In this document: piece by piece, positions 30,714-39,755 of the stretch
Layout of the letters: every line of letters begins with the position of its first letter
How positions within the stretch are numbered: position 1 is the stretch's first letter
Virus record (IMG/VR): IMGVR_UViG_3300033076_001485
Span: 32,001 to 96,000 of that record
Length of the DNA stretch: 64,000 bases
Source: a virus
Taxonomy: Duplodnaviria > Caudoviricetes
Reading direction: 5' to 3' (one strand)
Notes under the pieces: generated by a model
Databases searched by the model: none
The model's input: only the letters and a program-made list of their open reading frames with translations
What the model was told of the DNA's origin: nothing
Made by a program: the position numbers and the translations under genes

Positions 30714-31097
30714 ATGCTTTCAATGCAACAAATCAATACACTGGGTCAGCTGATTGATACAACTTTTGGAAAAAGTTCAACTACAGCATCACCAACCATG
30801 TCAATCAAGATGTCTTTACAAGGCAATGCATTGATTGTCAAGTACACAACAATCGTTCATTATGCATCAGAACATTCTATGCGTGAGCAGAGCAAAGAGC
30901 ATGAACGTGCTGCAAATCAACTAACTAAGAAGTCTGTTGATGAAGTTGAAAAAGAATTCAAGAAAATTGAAGGCAAAAGCCTAAAGCTTACAAAGAAAGG
31001 TTCTGATAGCGGAATTGAGCTAATCAGCATGTCACCTTATAATCCACGTAAAGTTGCTTATTTTAGACTGAACACAACATTTGAAATCGATGTATGA
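30714..31097 (+). CDS. hypothetical protein directly upstream of terminase (127 aa)
   Basis: GAGG RBS; ATGA overlap with terL; ATATTTA at 30677-30683. Confidence 0.8.
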   Translation: MLSMQQINTLGQLIDTTFGKSSTTASPTMSIKMSLQGNALIVKYTTIVHYASEHSMREQSKEHERAANQLTKKSVDEVEKEFKKIEGKSLKLTKKGSDSGIELISMSPYNPRKVAYFRLNTTFEIDV

Positions 31098-32689
31098 ACA
31101 CAAGCAACAAGTCAAGACAAGTATCTGAAATAATACGATGTGGCAAAGATCCCACGTATTTTTTCAACAATTATGTTAAGATACAGCATCCTACTAAGGG
31201 AACAATTCCATTTAAGACTTTTCCCTTCCAAGATAACTGTGTTCAAGATTTTATCGAAAATCGTTTCACAGTTATAGTCAAGAGTCGTCAGCTTGGTTTG
31301 TCGACTCTAGTTGCTGCATACTCAGTTTGGCTTGCTCTTTTCCAAAAAGATAAAAATATTCTGATTATTGCAACAAAATTGGGTGTTGCACAGAACTTTA
31401 TTAAAAAAGTCAAGACGATGGTGAGTAATCTCCCGTCGTGGATGGTCCTACCACAAATTACTCTAAACAATCGTCAAATGATTGAATTTAGTCATGGATC
31501 ATCTATTAAAGCCGTACCAACATCAGAAGATGCAGGACGTTCTGAATCTCTTTCGTTGCTTATCATCGACGAGGCAGCATTCGTTAGAAACTTTGATGAG
31601 CTCTGGACAGGTCTTTACCCGACAATTTCAACCGGTGGTCGCGCTATTGTTCTTTCAACGCCTAACGGTGTTGGTGGTCAATACTATAAGCTCTTCACAG
31701 AAGCAGAAGCTGGCTTAAATGAATTCAAGTCAATTCGTTTAAATTGGGATGTCCACCCAGAACGTGATCAATCGTGGTTTGAAAAAGAAACACGAAATTT
31801 GTCTGCTAAAGAAATTGCACAAGAATACTTGTGTGACTTCGCCGCATCAGGTGAGACATTTCTTAATGATGATGACATCAAGTGGATCAGTAAGATCATA
31901 CGCCCACCCGCTGACCGTGGTGGTCCTGATCGCAATGTGTGGATCTGGAAGCAACCGCTAACAGAGCACAAGTATATTATTTCAGCAGACGTAGCTCGCG
32001 GTGATGGTAAAGATTATTCATCTTTTCACGTAATTGATACATCTGAGGGTGAAGTTGTTGCCGAATATAAGGGAAAAATTGCACCTGACAAGTTCGGAGA
32101 ACTACTAAATGAATACGGCTTGCTGTACAACAAAGCACTGATGTGTCCAGAGAATAACTCATTTGGGTTTGCGACTATTGTCAAGCTTAAAGATTTGGGT
32201 TATCCAAAGATGTACTACAACAAAAACAAGTCTGTGTATATCGGTGATTATGTTCCTCCTGCTGAGACAGAACTTGCGGGTTTTACGACAAGCGGCAAAT
32301 CACGCAATCAAATTCTTACAAAGCTTGAAGAAGTTATTCGTAATAAACAAATAATGATTTATTCTTCTCGATTCTACGAAGAGCTTAAGACGTTTGTTTG
32401 GAATGAAAATAAAGCACAAGCAATGAAAGGAGAGAATGACGACTTGATCATGTCGCTTGCAATCGGAACTTGGCTTTATGACGCGTCAAGCGATTATGGA
32501 AAAGATGGTGATAAGCTAAATCAAGCAATGATAGCAGCAATGGGTTTTAAGAATAAACAGTTTAATGGTGCCTCAAATGATGTAGTATCAAACAAGCACC
32601 AGCAAGAAGCAAATCGCGACAGAGTGTTGCGAGGATATTCAAGGCCAATGGGATTGCCACCAGAATTTATGTGGCTAATAAAAAATTAG
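31094..32689 (+). CDS. terL: terminase large subunit (T4 gp17-like)
   Basis: KSRQLGLST Walker A, LIIDEAAF Walker B, STPNG, nuclease ISADVARGDGKDYS, ENNSFG, NDDLIMSLAI. No intein. Confidence 0.96.
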   Translation: MNTSNKSRQVSEIIRCGKDPTYFFNNYVKIQHPTKGTIPFKTFPFQDNCVQDFIENRFTVIVKSRQLGLSTLVAAYSVWLALFQKDKNILIIATKLGVAQNFIKKVKTMVSNLPSWMVLPQITLNNRQMIEFSHGSSIKAVPTSEDAGRSESLSLLIIDEAAFVRNFDELWTGLYPTISTGGRAIVLSTPNGVGGQYYKLFTEAEAGLNEFKSIRLNWDVHPERDQSWFEKETRNLSAKEIAQEYLCDFAASGETFLNDDDIKWISKIIRPPADRGGPDRNVWIWKQPLTEHKYIISADVARGDGKDYSSFHVIDTSEGEVVAEYKGKIAPDKFGELLNEYGLLYNKALMCPENNSFGFATIVKLKDLGYPKMYYNKNKSVYIGDYVPPAETELAGFTTSGKSRNQILTKLEEVIRNKQIMIYSSRFYEELKTFVWNENKAQAMKGENDDLIMSLAIGTWLYDASSDYGKDGDKLNQAMIAAMGFKNKQFNGASNDVVSNKHQQEANRDRVLRGYSRPMGLPPEFMWLIKN

Positions 32690-32697
32690 GAGCTTAG

Positions 32698-34743
32698 ATG
32701 GCCAAAAATGAAAATCTCTTCTCACGATTAACCACACTATTTAGAAGTGGTCCAGTCATAAAGAGAAGAGTCAGAGACTATAAAACATCAGAAAAGACAA
32801 CCTCGGCTTTTGAGCAATTTAGAAAGGCACAGAGCTATGTGTATAGTTCGGCAATGTCTGCATATGGCTCTTACGATAGAATGGCACGCTATTCAGACTT
32901 TCAAGAGATGGAATACACTCCTGAAATTGCATCAGCACTTGACATTTACTCTGAAGAGACAATTTCTCCAGATGAGAAGGGAAATGTACTTCACATCTAT
33001 TCTGAAAATCCTACAATTCACAAGCTTTTGAATGAGTTGTTTTATGACACCTTGAACGTCAATTTTAATTTGACTTCTTGGTCAAGGAACATGTGCAAAT
33101 ACGGTGACTTCTTCCTGTTCAACGATGTGTCACCCGATCTGGGTGTTGTCAACGTGTACCCCATTCCTGTTAATGAAATTGAACGTGAAGAGGGATACGA
33201 CAAAGATGATCCCATGGCAGTTCGATTTCGCTGGGTAACACAGGGCAATCAAGTTTTAGAGAACTGGCAAGTTTCACATTTTAGAATTCTCGGCAACGAT
33301 GCATTTCTTCCATACGGATCATCTGTGTTAGAAGCTGCTCGTCGTATTTGGCGCCAACTAATTCTTGTAGAAGATGCAATGTTGGTTTATCGTGTTGTTC
33401 GTGCACCAGATCGTCGTGTTTTTTACATCGATGTTGGAAACGTTCCGCCTGAAGATATTGCCAACTACATGGAACAGGCACAAGCGCAACTTAAAAAGAG
33501 TCAAGTCGTCGATAAGCAGACAGGACGCGTCGACTTAAGATACAATCCGCTCTCGGTCGATGAAGACTATTTCATTCCTGTTAGAGGCGGTCAATCAGGG
33601 ACAAAAATTGATCCTCTTGCAGGCGGTGCAAATGCCGCTGCAATCGAGGACGTCCAGTACATCCAGAAGAAATTATTTGCTGCTTTAAAGATCCCTAAAG
33701 CCTATCTTGGCTACGACGAAGGACTCGGAGCCAAAGCAACTCTTTCTCAAGAAGACATTCGTTTTTCAAGAACAATTGCAAGAATTCAGAGAACAATCGT
33801 TTCTGAGTTGAACAAGATTGCAATCATTCATCTTCATTCTAACGGTTTTGACGGACCAGATCTTCTTGACTTTGATCTAAAGCTTACAAATCCTTCAACT
33901 ATTGCAATGCAGCAAAAGCTTGAACTCTATAATACGAAGTTCCAGATTGCAGCATCTGCAGTTGGTGTTGCAGGATTGGTAGACAAGCGATGGATTAGAA
34001 AGAAAGTGTTCCAGATGGCTGACGAAGAGATTGATTCAATTGAGAAAGGCCTTATCAAAGACAAAGAAATGGAACTCCAGGTTGAGGCAGTCAAACTTCC
34101 CGAAGACAAATCAACAATGCCCGATATGTCTGTTGCCGGTGCATCAATTCCAACAAGCCCATTCGCATCGCCGCCGTCGTTGGGTGGTGAATCACCCACG
34201 CCTGAAGCACCAGCGCCAGGAGCAGCAGGCGGAGAAACATCACCTGGTCCAGAGACGGCATCAGATAATCGAAATAAAATGAGGCTAGATCTTTTGGGAG
34301 AACCTGATTTTGATTTCTCGCGCCTGTCTATCAATGATGAGAATGCACCAATCAAAGCACAAAGCACAGTTGATGCTATTGGACGTAAGCTTCTAGGCGA
34401 GCGTCTTGAAGGAAAAACAAAAGCAGATCGTGACAGATACAATGCAAAGCGTAGAAGGCGCGGTCACCTACATGGAATGTCTGATCATTCTTCTATGGTG
34501 ACACATGATAAAAAGGATCCCACAGATTCAGTAATGAATCCATTCGGTGCAAAAAAAGATCTCATCAATCCATTTAAAGATGTGCTTAAAGAAATTGAAG
34601 ATGATGATGATTTCAGCGAAGACGGCGATTACATATTCACAGACACAAGAATGTCTGAAGTTAACAGCGTCATAGGTGCTTTGCGTCGTAGAAAGATAGT
34701 TAACAATCAGATCTCTGCGTCAAATACGACAGAGGAGGACTAA
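32698..34743 (+). CDS. gp20: portal protein (T4 gp20-like) with a long low-complexity C-terminal tail
   Basis: PEIASALDIY, EDAMLVYRVVRAPDRRVFYIDVGNVP, EDYFIPVRG, KKLFAALKIPK, EDIRFSRTI. Confidence 0.95.
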   Translation: MAKNENLFSRLTTLFRSGPVIKRRVRDYKTSEKTTSAFEQFRKAQSYVYSSAMSAYGSYDRMARYSDFQEMEYTPEIASALDIYSEETISPDEKGNVLHIYSENPTIHKLLNELFYDTLNVNFNLTSWSRNMCKYGDFFLFNDVSPDLGVVNVYPIPVNEIEREEGYDKDDPMAVRFRWVTQGNQVLENWQVSHFRILGNDAFLPYGSSVLEAARRIWRQLILVEDAMLVYRVVRAPDRRVFYIDVGNVPPEDIANYMEQAQAQLKKSQVVDKQTGRVDLRYNPLSVDEDYFIPVRGGQSGTKIDPLAGGANAAAIEDVQYIQKKLFAALKIPKAYLGYDEGLGAKATLSQEDIRFSRTIARIQRTIVSELNKIAIIHLHSNGFDGPDLLDFDLKLTNPSTIAMQQKLELYNTKFQIAASAVGVAGLVDKRWIRKKVFQMADEEIDSIEKGLIKDKEMELQVEAVKLPEDKSTMPDMSVAGASIPTSPFASPPSLGGESPTPEAPAPGAAGGETSPGPETASDNRNKMRLDLLGEPDFDFSRLSINDENAPIKAQSTVDAIGRKLLGERLEGKTKADRDRYNAKRRRRGHLHGMSDHSSMVTHDKKDPTDSVMNPFGAKKDLINPFKDVLKEIEDDDDFSEDGDYIFTDTRMSEVNSVIGALRRRKIVNNQISASNTTEED

Positions 34744-35603
34744 TGAATATCCAGCATAATAAGAAAAGAAACGTTGGCATTATTTATGAGCTACTGCTAC
34801 GAGCAGTATCAGCAGCAATTGTTGAGGGCGACAAAGATCGCGCGCAACTTGCGCTGGATATCATAGAGAAGTACTATGACAAGAAAACAGAACTTTATAA
34901 AGAATATCGTCTTTTTAATGCTCTGATCAAGTCAACTGTTAGTGATACGCCTGTTGCTGCTGCTGTTCTATCAGAAGCAAAATCAGCAGCTCGCAGATCA
35001 GATCACAAAAAACTTGATTATGAAAAATCAATGCTAATCAGAGCAATTAATCATAATCTTCAAGACACAGATTTCTATCAAAGAAGAGTACCTGATTATC
35101 GTCTTTATGCAACAGTTCAAAATTTAATAAATGAATGGGCTGCAGGTGACACGTCAGATTTGACAAAGATGGTAATGCTTGAGGGACAAGTTGTCCAATG
35201 GCTGCTCAAAGAAAAAAGTGAAGAGAACACTGATTTAGATACACCCGCACCTGAAGTTGATGGTCTTGTTGTCAAGATTATGAATGAAAAGTTTAATGAG
35301 AAGTATTCAGGTAAACTAAATCATGATCAAACAAAACTTATTCAAGAATACATCTTTAGCATAGAGAGCGGTGAAGAGAAGAGCTTTGTAAGTCGTCTTA
35401 ACAGTTTGCGTGAAACTGCACTTAATCAGCTAAATGCACTTAAGAGTACAACAGACAATTCTACGCTCCAAGATAGAATTCCTAAAGTTGAGAAAGCTCT
35501 GCGATCTCTTGTTTTTGAATCGCTAAATGATGAAGTAATTTCTCGATTTATGACAATTTCTCAATTAATCACAGAGCTAAGTGAGGAGGATGACAATGTC
35601 TAG
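34743..35603 (+). CDS. helical protein between portal and protease, probable prohead core component
   Basis: GAGGAGG RBS; HNKKRNVGIIYELL N-terminus; position in the head operon. Confidence 0.7.
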   Translation: MNIQHNKKRNVGIIYELLLRAVSAAIVEGDKDRAQLALDIIEKYYDKKTELYKEYRLFNALIKSTVSDTPVAAAVLSEAKSAARRSDHKKLDYEKSMLIRAINHNLQDTDFYQRRVPDYRLYATVQNLINEWAAGDTSDLTKMVMLEGQVVQWLLKEKSEENTDLDTPAPEVDGLVVKIMNEKFNEKYSGKLNHDQTKLIQEYIFSIESGEEKSFVSRLNSLRETALNQLNALKSTTDNSTLQDRIPKVEKALRSLVFESLNDEVISRFMTISQLITELSEEDDNV

Positions 35604-36207
35604 CGATAATATGGTTCTTTTAAAAGAGTGGTTGCCTCTCCGCTACTCACCTGATATTGTTCGTGAGTCAAAGCTTACCAATGGTGGCAGAGTTATGCTT
35701 CGAGGTGTGATCCAAAGAGCAGACACACTTAACCAGAATGGTAGAATTTATCCACGCGCAATCCTTGAAAGAGAGATTGATAATTACCAGAAGTTTATTC
35801 GTGAAAATAGAGCGCTAGGCGAATGTGATCACCCAGACACATCAGTCGTTGAATTAAAGAATGTCTCGCACATTGTTAGAGAAGCAAAGATGGATGGCGA
35901 CACAGTGACGGGTGTTGTCGAGCTTTTAGATACACCTAGCGGTAAAATCCTACAAAGTCTAGTTGAGGCAGGAATTACGCTCGGTATATCATCACGAGGC
36001 GTAGGTTCGACAAGAAAGCAAGGTGATGCTGTCATTGTGCAAGATGACTTCCAGCTAATCTGTTTTGATATTGTATCAGAGCCAAGTACACCTGGTGCTT
36101 TCATGATGAATGAGAGTCGTGTAATTTCTGGCAGAGAACTCAAGAAGACATTTACAAAGTCTGATCGTGTTAATAGGATCTTTACAGACATACTAGCATG
36201 GAAGTGA
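35596..36207 (+). CDS. gp21: prohead protease (T4 gp21-like)
   Basis: NQNGRIYP, ALGECDHP, NVSH, LLDTPSGKIL, GISSRGVGS, FDIVSEPSTPGAF. Start set at ATG 35596 behind GAGGAGG. Confidence 0.95.
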   Translation: MSSDNMVLLKEWLPLRYSPDIVRESKLTNGGRVMLRGVIQRADTLNQNGRIYPRAILEREIDNYQKFIRENRALGECDHPDTSVVELKNVSHIVREAKMDGDTVTGVVELLDTPSGKILQSLVEAGITLGISSRGVGSTRKQGDAVIVQDDFQLICFDIVSEPSTPGAFMMNESRVISGRELKKTFTKSDRVNRIFTDILAWK

Positions 36208-36208
36208 T

Positions 36209-36721
36209 ATGAAGTTATCAAAAGATGATCTAAAAGAAATTGTTAAAGAATGTCTTGTAGAGCTCCTAAGTGAGGGTCTAGCAGGTAATAAAAGTTTATC
36301 TGAGTCTAGAGCTACAAGAAATCTTCCCGCACAGCAGACGCGTCAAGTAATGTCACCGCTATCGGGTAGATCGACATCTGCTGGTGCACAACAACAAAGA
36401 ACGTCAATGTATGATAAAATGTCTTTCATGCCCCAGAAAGAGCAAGTTCAAAAAGTTGCGTCACAGAAAAAGATTAACCCATTAAGCATGGTTAAGGATC
36501 TGACATCAGATCCTATATTGGCAGGAGTTCTTGCAGAAACAGCATCATCTGGCCAGTACCTTAACATGGGTGAGAGAGAAAGGCCCACACATGATGATCA
36601 AGTTATGTCAGGAGGAGATGCAGCAGCACGTATGATGCTTCAAGCAGATCCTACTGATATGTTTGGCGAAAGTGCAAACAAGTGGTCAACACTAGCTTTT
36701 GCCGACCCCATCAGAAAATAG
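36209..36721 (+). CDS. hypothetical head-module protein with an N-terminal LKEIVKE helix
   Basis: ORF following the protease; LLSE and LSES motifs. Confidence 0.75.
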   Translation: MKLSKDDLKEIVKECLVELLSEGLAGNKSLSESRATRNLPAQQTRQVMSPLSGRSTSAGAQQQRTSMYDKMSFMPQKEQVQKVASQKKINPLSMVKDLTSDPILAGVLAETASSGQYLNMGERERPTHDDQVMSGGDAAARMMLQADPTDMFGESANKWSTLAFADPIRK

Positions 36722-36774
36722 CAAAAATGCAAAGTTAGTGATAATTAGCTAATGTTCCCCTATAGGAGTTTATT

Positions 36775-37071
36775 ATGAAGAAGCTTACACCCGAGTTGCT
36801 TAGAAGAATCGTCCTCGAAGAGAAGAAGAAGGTCGAGGCAAAGCACGCAAAAGAGAACGCAAAGGCCAAGAAAGATCTCCACCTCGAGGAAGAGGGTGAT
36901 ACACAGTGGGCCGACGCAACACCCCCACACGCCACTGAGTACAAGCCCGGTGACAAGGACATGAAAGCTGCTAAGATGCTCAAAGAGGAGGAGATGCGTC
37001 TCCGTCGTCGCCTCCAGGCAGTCATGGAGCGCCGTCTTGCTCTCAAGCGTCGCATCATGGAAAGCCTCTGA
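36775..37071 (+). CDS. small highly charged head-module protein, probably high-copy prohead core/internal protein
   Basis: AGGAG RBS; ATAATTA at 36741-36747; N-terminal LRRIVLEE; capsid-like C/G-ending codon bias. Confidence 0.75.
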   Translation: MKKLTPELLRRIVLEEKKKVEAKHAKENAKAKKDLHLEEEGDTQWADATPPHATEYKPGDKDMKAAKMLKEEEMRLRRRLQAVMERRLALKRRIMESL

Positions 37072-37102
37072 TTTCTTAGATTAGCGAGATTAAGGAGGTA
37101 AG

Positions 37103-37684
37103 ATGGCAGTCAATTATACTACAGTTGTATCACCAGACGACGGCGCAAAGACGGGAGGTCTGGGAGATCGCAATCAAGGAAACTTGAAAGCCATCTTTCC
37201 ATCTTCACCCGTCTACAAATCTGAATACACGCCAGAAGCAGCTAAGAATGTTGCAATTGCAGCATTGAATGGCGGCGGCGGCCCAGGTGATAGTGTTCCC
37301 GGCTTAGACATTGTCAACGGCGTCTTAGACGACGGCGGTTATATGTTTAATCAAGTTGATCTAAAATTTGCCGGACGTCGTTCAGGCGGCGTGGATCCGC
37401 TTTATGCATCTCCAAATCTTGACGATGTTGTTACGGGCGGAGAAGGATTGCCATCATCGGCATATACACCTAATCCTGCATCACCAGGTGAAGGTAATGG
37501 TGTCGATCCTTTTGCTATTCCTGAATATACTGGCGTGTTGCCATACAATGGCGATGCAGGTCAAGCTTCTGCAACGCAGTTTGGCCGCGGTGAAGGATCA
37601 TCTGCAAATCCTGCCAATACAGCATCTGAAATTTCACGTGCGACTATTGGCAAATTTATGCTCGGCACATCTAAGATAACCTGA
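37103..37684 (+). CDS. Gly/Pro-rich hypothetical head-module protein (193 aa)
   Basis: Strong AAGGAGGT RBS; lies between protease and scaffold genes. Confidence 0.8.
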   Translation: MAVNYTTVVSPDDGAKTGGLGDRNQGNLKAIFPSSPVYKSEYTPEAAKNVAIAALNGGGGPGDSVPGLDIVNGVLDDGGYMFNQVDLKFAGRRSGGVDPLYASPNLDDVVTGGEGLPSSAYTPNPASPGEGNGVDPFAIPEYTGVLPYNGDAGQASATQFGRGEGSSANPANTASEISRATIGKFMLGTSKIT

Positions 37685-37685
37685 C

Positions 37686-38258
37686 ATGCACGACGCTCCA
37701 CCCACAACACAAAGATTTTGGTTTAAGGGTGATGCAAATGCAGGTGCAGGTTACGGCACATTAAAGAAAAAGTTCTCAGGTGGTGAATATACCACTGTGG
37801 GAACTTTTCCTTATATAGACGACGATCAGTCTCTTGAAGATCCAGAGATTGAAGATCTGATGCACACACAAGATTTTATAAATAAAACGGGATACACATC
37901 AGTCGCTAAACCCAGATCTCATGTAAGAAAAGATAATGCATCTTTTACAAAAATGAGATGGAGCACACCGCTAGAAGAATCTTCTGTTATGAAAGGAATA
38001 ACACCCTTTCCTGCTTCAATGCTATATGGAAAGTTTGATGGTCCTCCTGTGGGCGGTGCTAGCGTTAATCAATCATATACTAATATGCCGGGTCGTCTTG
38101 TTGGAAATCAATATGGATCAACACGAGCAAGCAAATTAGATGATGATGATCTGATTACAATTGATCGTTTGCACGATTTAATGGATCCAGCTACACGCAA
38201 TCTTGTTAAGCAACGCTTAAAAATAAAGATCGTGCAGGATAGTTCACAAAGTTCATAA
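37686..38258 (+). CDS. hypothetical head-module protein (190 aa)
   Basis: ORF packed tightly between its neighbours. Confidence 0.75.
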   Translation: MHDAPPTTQRFWFKGDANAGAGYGTLKKKFSGGEYTTVGTFPYIDDDQSLEDPEIEDLMHTQDFINKTGYTSVAKPRSHVRKDNASFTKMRWSTPLEESSVMKGITPFPASMLYGKFDGPPVGGASVNQSYTNMPGRLVGNQYGSTRASKLDDDDLITIDRLHDLMDPATRNLVKQRLKIKIVQDSSQSS

Positions 38259-38285
38259 TATGTATTGAAAGCAGGGTACCAGTTA

Positions 38286-39722
38286 ATGTCAAAAACACTT
38301 TATGACGAAGCAATCGCCGATGCAAAGCGACTCAGAGAAGTTGCTGAGACAAATGCAAAGAACGCAATTGTAGAAGCAGTCACACCACGCATTAGAGAAT
38401 TTATCGATAAGCAACTTGTTGGTGATAGCACCAAACCAGTTGCTGCAGAAAAGTTTTTAGTCGATGCACTTAACGAAGGCGTTGAGGACACCGACGAAGA
38501 AGTTGTTCTTGATGAAGCTGCTCTTAAATCGCTTGTCAGTCTTTTCACACCTAAGCAGGCAACTGCTGCAAAAGACGAGTTTCAGCAGGCATTTGATCAG
38601 CTTAGCGAGACAGAAAAAAGAAAACTTCTGAATCTTATCAATGAGGAAGAAGAGGAAGAGACAGTATCGGGCGCTCAAGCGCAGGAGAAGAAAATGGACG
38701 AAAATCTTTATGAAATTGATCTTGATGATCTCAAGAGCGAGATCGCAGCTGCAGCTTCTCCTGGCAAGCCAGCCCCTGGCCTCAAGGCAAAGCCCGCTGC
38801 AATGCCACCTAAGCCCGGCGCACCAATGAAGAAGCCTGCCTCCATGCCAGTCTTCGAAGACGACATGATGGATGACGAGAGTGCACTCGACGAGATGGAC
38901 GAGCTAGATCTCGATGAGCTTAATGAGTCATCACTTGCTATCGATCTCGGTGATCTCGAGCTCCCAGAGGACTTTATGCCCACCGTTCGCGTCGTCCCTG
39001 ATGAAGAAGAAGAGGACGAAATGCTTTCAGGCGAAGAGGCAGAAGGTATGGAAGATGGCATGGAAGCAGCATCTGACGAAATGCCAGAAGAGGAGACAAC
39101 AGCTCCTGTTGCTGAGACCTTCTACGTCGATGAGAACATGCTTCGTCGCGAGCTTCTACGCCTCCGTGAGGCACGCAAGCAGAAGGAAGATAAGCTTCTT
39201 CCCAAGAAGAGCCTCAAGAGCGCGTCACATGTCAAGGCAGCTGCAAAGGCATTTGGCGATGCTTCAATTGAGGAGGTTGACGAGGTTGAAATGAACGCTC
39301 TCGATACAGCCAAGAAGCACAAACTTAAGAAATTAAAAGAGGCACGTGATAATCGTGAACTCGAAAACAAGCTCAATGAATACAGAAGCGCAGTTGAAAC
39401 GCTTCGTGAGCAAATGACTGATATGAATCTCTTCAACGCCAAGTTGCTCTACGTCAACAAGATGTTGCAGTCGAAAGAATTGACGCCTAAACAACAGAAG
39501 GTAGTCATCGAGGCAATTGACGGTGCAAGCACACTTCGCGAAGTGAAGATGCTTTACAAGAGCCTTACTGAGTCACTCACAGGAGGAAATGGTTCCTCGC
39601 TGAATGAGTCAGCTTCAAGGTTCAATGCCGGTGGTTCTTCTAGAGCCACATCATCCTCAGCTGCTCGCACAACCGAGACAGCAGAAGTTGACCGTTGGGC
39701 TCGTCTCGCCGGTCTCAAGTAA
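38286..39722 (+). CDS. prohead scaffolding/core protein (gp22 position)
   Basis: EAIADAKRLREVA N-terminus, very acidic middle, coiled-coil C-terminus NLFNAKLLY...RWARLAGLK, several L-x-E sites; directly upstream of the capsid gene. Start set at ATG 38286. Confidence 0.8.
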   Translation: MSKTLYDEAIADAKRLREVAETNAKNAIVEAVTPRIREFIDKQLVGDSTKPVAAEKFLVDALNEGVEDTDEEVVLDEAALKSLVSLFTPKQATAAKDEFQQAFDQLSETEKRKLLNLINEEEEEETVSGAQAQEKKMDENLYEIDLDDLKSEIAAAASPGKPAPGLKAKPAAMPPKPGAPMKKPASMPVFEDDMMDDESALDEMDELDLDELNESSLAIDLGDLELPEDFMPTVRVVPDEEEEDEMLSGEEAEGMEDGMEAASDEMPEEETTAPVAETFYVDENMLRRELLRLREARKQKEDKLLPKKSLKSASHVKAAAKAFGDASIEEVDEVEMNALDTAKKHKLKKLKEARDNRELENKLNEYRSAVETLREQMTDMNLFNAKLLYVNKMLQSKELTPKQQKVVIEAIDGASTLREVKMLYKSLTESLTGGNGSSLNESASRFNAGGSSRATSSSAARTTETAEVDRWARLAGLK

Positions 39723-39755
39723 TTTAATTTGTTCGTATTCAAGGAGTAATATATT

